In this document: one piece after another, positions 1-6,262 of the stretch
How positions within the stretch are numbered: position 1 is the stretch's first letter
Layout: every line of letters starts with the position of its first letter
Assembly: GCA_949096025.1 (NCBI GenBank)
Contig: CARXKP010000003.1
Span: 1-61,871, forward strand
From: an uncultured Eubacteriales bacterium
GTDB lineage: Bacteria; Bacillota; Clostridia; Christensenellales; UBA1242
Length of the DNA: 61,871 bases
Reading direction: 5' to 3'
Translations under genes and position numbers: made by a program
The notes under the pieces: model-generated
Databases searched by the model: none
The model's input: the letters and a program-made list of their open reading frames with translations, nothing else
Told to the model about the DNA's origin: nothing

Positions 1-1870
1 CTTCAACATTTCCATTATATTTTACATAGTATTTGTTATTTCGCCAGATTGCATAAAGTCTTTGCTCATCATCCTCATTTGATAATGTAAAGTTTGCACC
101 ATTTCCGTGTGTCACCTTTGCTTGTTGCGTTGCTAAATCATAATGATCACTTATATTACTTGTATCTAATATTAATGTTTGTTGCCAGTGCCAACCTACA
201 AAACTATATCCTGTTCGATAATATGTATTTAATGTTAGTGCTGTTGGCTGTCCATAAAAATACTTATTTCCTTCTGTTGTCATCGTTCCTAAACCACCAT
301 TTGGTAAATATACCATATTTGATGACTTTGGACTCCATTGAGCGGTAAGTGTAGGAGAACCATACTTGCCTTTTAAAGAAACTCCATCTGAATGTGTCGA
401 ATTATTTAACCACGAACCACTTGATGATGTTACTTTCCAGCCAGTAAAATTATATCCATATCTATGTGGTTTTGGCAATTCGGTTGTTGATGTTATATTA
501 TAACTTATATTTGATAAAGCATCTCCACCATTAGTCATTAAAGTTATTGTATAGGTATTTATTGTCCAATACGCATAAAGTGTTGTATTATTATTTGCTA
601 TATTCCAACTTCTAGCACTTGTTCCATTTGAATTATAATACTTTGTTCCTGAACCTCCAGTGCTTGAATAATATCCATTAAATGTATAGCCTGTTCTTGA
701 CGGAACTGAAATCGAAGGCATTGACGAATCATATGTTGCTGTCACACTACCATCTCCACCGCTTCCACTTTGCCTATCAAGTGTTACTGTATACTCATTT
801 GCCGTCCAATAAGCATAAAGTGTTTTATCTGAGGCATTATCCCAAGCTCTTGCACTTGTTCCATTTGAATTATAATATTTTGTTCCTGAACCGCCAGTAC
901 TAGAATAATATCCTTGAAAAGTATAACCGGCTCTTGATGGAACTGAGATTGTTGGCATTGACGAATTATAAGTTGCTGTAACTGAGCCATCTCCGCCACT
1001 ACCACTTTGTCTATCAAGTGTTACAGTATATTTTAAAGGCTCCCATACCGCATATAAATTTATTGTTCTTGCAGTGTCACCAGTTGTATCTTTAAAATTA
1101 TCACCACTTGCATAACTAGCATTAGTAGCAGAAGAACTTCTACTCCAACCTTTAAATTTATATCCTGAACGCGTTGGTGTAGAACTAGGAATAGTTACAC
1201 CACCAAGACCAGAATAAAAATTTATACTTGAAGGAGCATTACTCCCTCCATTTGCATTAAAAGCAAGATTATAGTACCATCTATAGATAACATAGCAATT
1301 ACCATACATTGTTTTTTCAGCAGCACCCTTTGGAGGCGAAGATGTCGAAGGGGCATTACTAGCCCATTTATAATAAGTGGTATTACCACTTAATGGAGAG
1401 CCTGCTGCATCAGATGAATCATACACTCCGTGACATCTCCACCAAGAAGGATAATAATTGGTAATATTAATTCTTCCGTGACGACGGACATAATGCAAAC
1501 CGCCATTAGAGTAATGATAATAAAATGTTGAGATGTTATTTAATTTTATTACATTATTCCCACTACGACTTGTACCATTATAGTATAATGTTGCATCAAA
1601 AGGCATACGATCACCATCACCAGTTTTTTCATCCTCATACCAAGAAACATCAAATAAACTACTTCCAACAATTGATGTGGATGTATAATCAGCAATAGAA
1701 CTAGTCCCCTCTCTATAAGCAACTGTTTTTACAATAAAATTAAAGTTAGTGGACGCTTCTGTTTTATCTTTTTTAGAAAAAGGATTGACAAGTAGAATTA
1801 TACCGCCAGTTAGCACAAGCAAGGCAACAATAATAAAAAAACTTTTTGTAATCAAAGAAAACTTTTTCAT
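1..1870 (-). CDS. Cell-surface protein, N-terminal 623 codons only (C-terminus beyond left window edge); signal/anchor helix followed by Listeria-Bacteroides type (Flg_new / InlB B-repeat-like) repeats
   Basis: Absent from the ORF track because it has no stop in the window. Hand translation of the reverse strand starts at ATG 1870-1868, with SD GGAGGGTGAT directly upstream. It gives MKKFSLITKSFFIIVALLVLTGG... and stays open to base 2 (...RLYAIWRNNKYYVKYNGNVE). Repeated modules Y-T-[VI]-T-L-D...G-Y-x-F-x-G-[WY]...LYA-x-W are the Flg_new signature. Confidence 0.8.
   Translation of the reverse strand, partial: MKKFSLITKSFFIIVALLVLTGGIILLVNPFSKKDKTEASTNFNFIVKTVAYREGTSSIADYTSTSIVGSSLFDVSWYEDEKTGDGDRMPFDATLYYNGTSRSGNNVIKLNNISTFYYHYSNGGLHYVRRHGRINITNYYPSWWRCHGVYDSSDAAGSPLSGNTTYYKWASNAPSTSSPPKGAAEKTMYGNCYVIYRWYYNLAFNANGGSNAPSSINFYSGLGGVTIPSSTPTRSGYKFKGWSRSSSATNASYASGDNFKDTTGDTARTINLYAVWEPLKYTVTLDRQSGSGGDGSVTATYNSSMPTISVPSRAGYTFQGYYSSTGGSGTKYYNSNGTSARAWDNASDKTLYAYWTANEYTVTLDRQSGSGGDGSVTATYDSSMPSISVPSRTGYTFNGYYSSTGGSGTKYYNSNGTSARSWNIANNNTTLYAYWTINTYTITLMTNGGDALSNISYNITSTTELPKPHRYGYNFTGWKVTSSSGSWLNNSTHSDGVSLKGKYGSPTLTAQWSPKSSNMVYLPNGGLGTMTTEGNKYFYGQPTALTLNTYYRTGYSFVGWHWQQTLILDTSNISDHYDLATQQAKVTHGNGANFTLSNEDDEQRLYAIWRNNKYYVKYNGNVE
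557..1030 (-). repeat. Two tandem 237-nt (79-codon) coding repeats inside the surface-protein gene
   Basis: The units are 794..1030 and 557..793. They encode YTVTLDRQSGSGGDGSVTATYNSSMPTISVPSRAGYTFQGYYSSTGGSGTKYYNSNGTSARAW... and YTVTLDRQSGSGGDGSVTATYDSSMPSISVPSRTGYTFNGYYSSTGGSGTKYYNSNGTSARSW... The offset between identical landmarks is exactly 237 nt. Confidence 0.65.
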
Positions 1871-1948
1871 ATCACCCTCCTTATTTATGTTTTATTTACT
1901 ACTATTGTTTCATCCTTTTATATTAGTATATTATTATTCTATACATCT

Positions 1949-1978
1949 ATTCTACCCCCCCCCACCAAATTTTGTCAA
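1949..1978 (-). promoter_or_regulatory. Sigma-A type promoter of the left-edge surface-protein gene with a G9 tract in the spacer
   Basis: On the minus strand the sequence reads TTGACA (1978-1973), aaatttggt, GGGGGGGGG (1963-1955), TAGAAT (1954-1949). The spacer is 18 nt. The promoter lies about 80 nt upstream of the ATG at 1870. Confidence 0.6.
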
Positions 1979-2021
1979 GAAAATTTATAATTTTTTCAGT
2001 CAAATATTGTGAATATATAAA

Positions 2022-2048
2022 TACAAAAAAAAAGACGGATTGCGTCTT
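2022..2048 (-). terminator. Rho-independent terminator after recO
   Basis: On the minus strand: AAGACG-caatc-CGTCTT followed by a T8 run. The stem overlaps the recO stop codon. Confidence 0.6.
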
Positions 2049-2751
2049 AAATCATATTGCAACTGTAACCCGTCCTAAATTGATAGTTTTTATTTAATAA
2101 ATTAAATGCCTGAATTTCTCCCATACCGCCTAGTTTTACGGTTGATAATTTTTCATAATCAGTTTTATCTAGAAGACGCATTGCACTAAAGCAAGCATCT
2201 GATATTTTTTCACAAAGAGAATTATGACAAGCAGGACAAACAATCTCTCCCACCTCATAATTCATATATTTAATTTCTAAGTTACTTCCACACGATGAGC
2301 ATTTATCATTTAAAAACCCATACCCCATCGCATTGAAAACTGAAAGCAAAAACTTATCAATAACATAATACTTTTTAGGGTTATCATAACAAAGAGTTTT
2401 TAAGGATTTTATAACCTCAACAAAAAGTTGTGGGTTGCTTTCGGTGGCAATCTTTGACACAATATCAAGTATTGCACAGCCCTCATAATATCTCTCAATA
2501 TTCTTTGAGATTTCATAGAAATTGTCAATAATATCTACAGCTGTTACGATATTCGTTTTGCCCTCTTCAACAATGAAATCTCCAAAACAAAAGATTTCCT
2601 TTGCTGATTTGAGTTTAGCCTTATCGCCTCTCACACCTCTCATTGTGACAGTCATTTTTCCTTTTTCAAGAGTAAAAAGGTTAATAAGCATATCTTTTTC
2701 TTTGAGTTTGGTGTTGCCTATAACAATCGCTTTAACTTTAGTAGAAGCCAT
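2047..2751 (-). CDS. recO: DNA repair protein RecO
   Basis: 234 aa. N-terminal OB-fold-like region (KAIVIGNTKLKEKDMLINLFT...) and C-terminal zinc motif CSSCGS...CPAC. The yqzL-recO synteny matches Bacillus. Confidence 0.85.
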   Translation of the reverse strand: MASTKVKAIVIGNTKLKEKDMLINLFTLEKGKMTVTMRGVRGDKAKLKSAKEIFCFGDFIVEEGKTNIVTAVDIIDNFYEISKNIERYYEGCAILDIVSKIATESNPQLFVEVIKSLKTLCYDNPKKYYVIDKFLLSVFNAMGYGFLNDKCSSCGSNLEIKYMNYEVGEIVCPACHNSLCEKISDACFSAMRLLDKTDYEKLSTVKLGGMGEIQAFNLLNKNYQFRTGYSCNMI

Positions 2752-2754
2752 AGA

Positions 2755-2907
2755 TTACAATTCTATCTCCTCTTCTTGAGCAAGGGCTGCATCATAAATC
2801 ATTGTTGAATGAATAAGTCCTCTTGCATCTTCAATGTTTCCAGTCATACTGAAAATTTCCCACCATTCGAGCATATTATCTCTAGCCACTTTAACATTCT
2901 CCTCCAC
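2755..2907 (-). CDS. yqzL: YqzL-family small protein (50 aa)
   Basis: Below the ORF-track length cutoff. GTG start at 2907 lies 8 nt after GGAGGG. Translation: VEENVKVARDNMLEWWEIFSMTGNIEDARGLIHSTMIYDAALAQEEEIEL. The W-x-x-F-S-x-TGNI-[ED] core and the position immediately upstream of recO match B. subtilis YqzL (era-yqzL-recO). Confidence 0.6.
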   Translation of the reverse strand: MEENVKVARDNMLEWWEIFSMTGNIEDARGLIHSTMIYDAALAQEEEIEL

Positions 2908-3084
2908 GATACTTTCCCTCCTTTGTAATAATAGTATATACCAAAACTTTCAAAACACGCAAACTTTTTTGATAAAAAAATTATAACTTTGTCGAGTTTC
3001 TTTTTGCCTTAGCAATATACTAATATGTTGAAAAAAGAAATAAAATTCAAATATTTACATATTATGAAAGAAAAAATAAAAAAA

Positions 3085-3231
3085 TTAAAAATTAAACACG
3101 GAAATTGGTGTTACAATTATGTTTGGTGAGTAATTATTTAAAAGCGCTCGAACTCTTTGCCAACCTGTACAAATAGGACAGGGATAATAACAACCAGTGT
3201 TACACTGATTGAAGTTACTATTAAAACACAT
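3085..3231 (-). CDS. Hypothetical 48-aa cysteine-rich peptide
   Basis: ATG at 3231 is preceded by AGGAGAAAAAT. Translation: MCFNSNFNQCNTGCYYPCPICTGWQRVRALLNNYSPNIIVTPISVFNF (5 Cys in the first 21 residues). No recognisable family and no clear terminator. Confidence 0.25.
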   Translation of the reverse strand: MCFNSNFNQCNTGCYYPCPICTGWQRVRALLNNYSPNIIVTPISVFNF

Positions 3232-3362
3232 ATTTTTCTCCTAGCACTAGACCCTCTATTACATTATATAAAAAAAAGTATAATAATGTAAAAAACAATT
3301 GATTTTTTGTTAAAGTTATTATAAAATAAAAACCGAAACAAATTTAATTAAAAGGAGAAAAT

Positions 3363-4001
3363 ATGAAAAAGTTTTTTAAGGATTTTAAAGCTTTTATCAG
3401 CAGAGGAAATATTCTTGATATGGCTGTCGGTGTAATTATTGGTAGCGCTTTCAGCGCTATCGTTACAGCACTTACTAATAAAATTATTATGCCACTTATC
3501 AATGCTCTTCTTGCAGGTGCTGGCGGTGGACTCGATTCTGCTTACACAATCTTAAGACCTGCTTATGTCATTGAAAATGGTGTTACTACCGATGTTTTAG
3601 ACCTTGCAAACAGTATTTATATTGATTGGGGTGCTTTCATAACAGCAGTCATAAATTTCCTTCTTATTGCTCTTGTGCTTTTTATAATGCTTAAAGTTGC
3701 TATGAAAAGTTCTTCACTTTTTAAAGAAACACGAAAGAAGATTAGTGACAACACACTTAATCACGCTGAAAGAAAAGAACTTAAAGCACACGGCATAAAT
3801 ATTAAAGACAAAGAAGCAGTAAAACAATACTTTGCTGACAAGCAAGCCGAAGAAGAAAGAGCCAAAGCTGAAGAAGAAGCTAAAGCACAAGCCGAAGCAG
3901 AAGAAAAGATGAAAAACTCAACAGAATATCTCTTAAAAGAAATAAGAGATTTGCTTCTTGAAAATGCAGAACTCAAAAAAAATCAAAAAAGCGAACAATA
4001 A
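3363..4001 (+). CDS. mscL: Large-conductance mechanosensitive channel MscL, with unusually long charged C-terminal extension
   Basis: N-terminus KDFKAFISRGNILDMAVGVIIGSAFSAIVTALTNKIIMPLI is the canonical MscL TM1 region. SD is AAAGGAGAAAAT. 212 aa, with a tail containing AEEERAKAEEEAKAQAEAEE. Confidence 0.9.
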   Translation: MKKFFKDFKAFISRGNILDMAVGVIIGSAFSAIVTALTNKIIMPLINALLAGAGGGLDSAYTILRPAYVIENGVTTDVLDLANSIYIDWGAFITAVINFLLIALVLFIMLKVAMKSSSLFKETRKKISDNTLNHAERKELKAHGINIKDKEAVKQYFADKQAEEERAKAEEEAKAQAEAEEKMKNSTEYLLKEIRDLLLENAELKKNQKSEQ

Positions 4002-4025
4002 TACATAACTCAACTAATTCGCAAT

Positions 4026-4060
4026 AAAAAAGTTTTCTTAAAATTAAGAAAACTTTTTTT
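4026..4060. terminator. Bidirectional rho-independent terminator (mscL / convergent membrane-protein gene)
   Basis: AAAAAGTTTTCTTAA-aa-TTAAGAAAACTTTTT, with T/A runs on both sides. Confidence 0.7.
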
Positions 4061-4101
4061 ATTTCATTTTTAATTTAGAAAACATTTAATAAATTTTATA
4101 A

Positions 4102-4761
4102 CTAACTTTTATTCTTTAATGAACGCCTATACAGATAATCAAATAATAAAAACAACGCTCCAATAATAGCCCAAACAACTATTATACAAACTCCAGCAGT
4201 TTTATTAATAATTACCCTACCTTCGGAATCAATAATACTCCAATCGTTCTGCTTAATTCCTAGATAAGTAATAAGTAAAACAGATAATACTGCCGAACAA
4301 ACACCAAATATCCATTTAAAAATTTTTAACACATTTCGATTCCACAATAATTTATAGTGCACATTTTCAGGCATTGATTTTTTCATTTTATTTTCAGTCA
4401 ATAATTTATGCCCCAACTTTTGCTTCTGCAAAGCTACCTGTTTCGATTTATATGCACAAGCGAGAGGATCTTTTCCTTCCATTATACTTGCATAAAAACT
4501 CTCGACAAAATCAATATCTGATTGCTTACAAAATTCTGATTCTATAGATACATCGTGAGCAAGTTGATTACGCATCCAACGCACGTGTTTTAATTCCTTA
4601 TATACAATATCCCAATCATTTATTACACTTCGTTCTACATAAGGCGTATTCTCCATATCTTTAATATAGGAGGATACTCCTTCATTTGACGAATAAATCT
4701 CTCTACAGAGCTTATCAAGTTTTTTATATTGTTCTTGAAATTCAATATTTTTTTCCTGCAT
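4102..4761 (-). CDS. Hypothetical membrane-anchored protein (219 aa): helical N-terminal domain with HEPN-like RNxxAH motif and two C-terminal TM helices
   Basis: Track ORF 4102..4926 was trimmed because its first 55 codons read through the tRNA. ATG at 4761 is preceded by GGGAGAAG. MQEKNIEFQEQYKKLDKLCREIY...KELKHVRWMRNQLAHDVS... The C-terminus has hydrophobic segments WIFGVCSAVLSVLLITYLGI and GVCIIVVWAIIGALFLLFDYL. Confidence 0.65.
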   Translation of the reverse strand: MQEKNIEFQEQYKKLDKLCREIYSSNEGVSSYIKDMENTPYVERSVINDWDIVYKELKHVRWMRNQLAHDVSIESEFCKQSDIDFVESFYASIMEGKDPLACAYKSKQVALQKQKLGHKLLTENKMKKSMPENVHYKLLWNRNVLKIFKWIFGVCSAVLSVLLITYLGIKQNDWSIIDSEGRVIINKTAGVCIIVVWAIIGALFLLFDYLYRRSLKNKS

Positions 4762-4829
4762 TAAATCTTCTCCCAATATAAAATAAAAATACCCCATAAA
4801 ACAAAAAATGTTTTCCTGAGGTATATCCT

Positions 4830-4905
4830 TGGTGGAAGTTATAGGGCTCGAACCTATGACCCTCTGCTTGTAAGGCAGATGCTCTCCCAGCTGAGCTAAA
4901 CTTCC
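4830..4905 (-). tRNA. tRNA-Val (anticodon TAC), CCA encoded
   Basis: The reverse strand reads GGAAGTTTAGCTCAGCTGGGAGAGCATCTGCCTTACAAGCAGAGGGTCATAGGTTCGAGCCCTATAACTTCCACCA. It folds as a clean cloverleaf with acceptor GGAAGTT/AACTTCC, anticodon stem TCTGC/GCAGA, loop CTTACAA and T-loop TTCGAGC. Confidence 0.95.
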
Positions 4906-4916
4906 ATTGCTCTTTA

Positions 4917-4945
4917 ATAATATCAAATTTATTTTTTTTTGTCAA
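4917..4945 (-). promoter_or_regulatory. Sigma-A type promoter of tRNA-Val
   Basis: On the minus strand: TTGACA (4945-4940), 17-nt spacer, TATTAT (4922-4917). The tRNA 5' end lies about 12 nt downstream. Confidence 0.55.
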
Positions 4946-5163
4946 CACTTTTTTAAAACTTTTTTTAATTTACCCGAATTTTATTGATAATGTAAAATTA
5001 AAAATCTTTCCTATACAAAAAATAACTTAAAATATAAAAATATTATCATAATTGTTTCCAAAGTGATAAAAATAATTATAAAATGTATATAAATGTTAAG
5101 TATTTGTTTATATATTTTTATTTTATTTGCTAAAATATAATTAATCATTTATAAGGAGGACTA

Positions 5164-6090
5164 ATGGAACAATTAGATTTTAAGACTTTTGATGATACAA
5201 TTATTAAGGGTTATTTGTTTCAACCTAAACAAGAAGCAAAAGGTATAGTTCAAATTGTACACGGTTTAGAAGAACACGGGATGCGATATGAAAACTTTGC
5301 TAAGTTTTTAAATAAAAATGGCTTTATTGTTTTTGCTTCAGATCAAAGACTTCACGGAAAAACTGCAGGCGATCATATTTCAAGCACGAGGTTTAAAAAT
5401 GTATTTCCTCGAATGGTAAAAGATCAAATGCTAATTTCTGATATGCTTATAGAAAAGTTTTCATTACCTCTAATTATTTTTGGCCATTCTTGCGGTTCAT
5501 TTATTACACAGATGTACATTCAGAATTATCATAAACACTCAGGTACTATACTTTCAGGAAGTGCTTATATGAAAAGAGCTGACACACTCGCCGGAGAGTG
5601 GCTGTCAAAAATCGTCGCAACATTTAATGGCGGAGAAAAGGACTCAAAAGTTCTAGAAGATTTAGTTCTGAATTCTTTTAATAGAAAATTTAACAAAGGA
5701 GAATCTTGGATAAGCCAAAATAAAGATAATGTAGAAAGATATAACGCAGACCCACTTTGCGGTAAACCCCTTTGCTCTAACTTTTATTACTCAATGTTTA
5801 AAAATACACGAAAACTTTATACACCAGAAGGTTTAAATAATATAGATAAAGATAAACTCATTTTTATAGCAAGTGGAAAAGATGATCCTGTAGGGAAAAT
5901 GGGAGAAAGTACTAAAAAACTTTACGAAACCTACCTTTCTCATAATATAAATGCTAAACTTAAACTATATGACAATCTTCGACACGAGATAATAAATGAA
6001 GAAAAACAAGAGGTTTTAGATGACATTCTTTCCGCTCTAAATGAAATAATAGAAAATTCATCTCAAAAGGTAATAGAATTTGAAGAATAA
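5164..6090 (+). CDS. Alpha/beta hydrolase (lysophospholipase / monoacylglycerol-lipase-like)
   Basis: 308 aa. HG oxyanion motif (IVHGLEEHGMRY), nucleophile elbow G-H-S-C-G (IIFGHSCGSF) and C-terminal D...H (GKDDPV, LRHEI). SD is AAGGAGGA. Confidence 0.8.
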   Translation: MEQLDFKTFDDTIIKGYLFQPKQEAKGIVQIVHGLEEHGMRYENFAKFLNKNGFIVFASDQRLHGKTAGDHISSTRFKNVFPRMVKDQMLISDMLIEKFSLPLIIFGHSCGSFITQMYIQNYHKHSGTILSGSAYMKRADTLAGEWLSKIVATFNGGEKDSKVLEDLVLNSFNRKFNKGESWISQNKDNVERYNADPLCGKPLCSNFYYSMFKNTRKLYTPEGLNNIDKDKLIFIASGKDDPVGKMGESTKKLYETYLSHNINAKLKLYDNLRHEIINEEKQEVLDDILSALNEIIENSSQKVIEFEE

Positions 6091-6218
6091 AATTTATTTT
6101 TCTCCTTATATTTGAAAGCTTGGCTATTATTTAATAAATTATGATATGTAATAACTATTTATTATTCTACATAATACAACAAAGAGTCATACAATATTGG
6201 TTATTTAATTAAAAAAAT

Positions 6219-6253
6219 AAAAAACACATTGATTGATTTCAATGTGTTTTTTG
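6219..6253. terminator. Bidirectional terminator between hydrolase gene and 849-aa membrane-protein gene
   Basis: AAAACACATTGA-ttgatt-TCAATGTGTTTT, flanked by A and T runs. Confidence 0.7.
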
Positions 6254-6262
6254 TTTAAGTAA

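Noticed and set aside
3026-3130. A plus-strand 34-aa ORF, MLKKEIKFKYLHIMKEKIKKLKIKHGNWCYNYVW, overlapping the Cys-rich ORF in antisense.
   Set aside because: It has no SD and a lysine-rich composition expected from AT-rich DNA. It is less plausible than the minus-strand ORF, which is itself of low confidence.
4026-4905. I considered a tRNA-Val-linked genomic islet or integration event.
   Set aside because: There is no integrase. No direct repeat of the tRNA 3' end lies near 4060-4110. Only a single gene sits between the tRNA and a normal terminator.
4762-4948. The N-terminal 55 codons of track ORF 4102..4926 and the whole of ORF 4742..4948.
   Set aside because: Both simply translate the tRNA-Val gene and its promoter region (LAQLGEHLPYKQRVIGSSPIT is the tRNA read as protein). 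The real CDS starts at 4761, which has its own SD.
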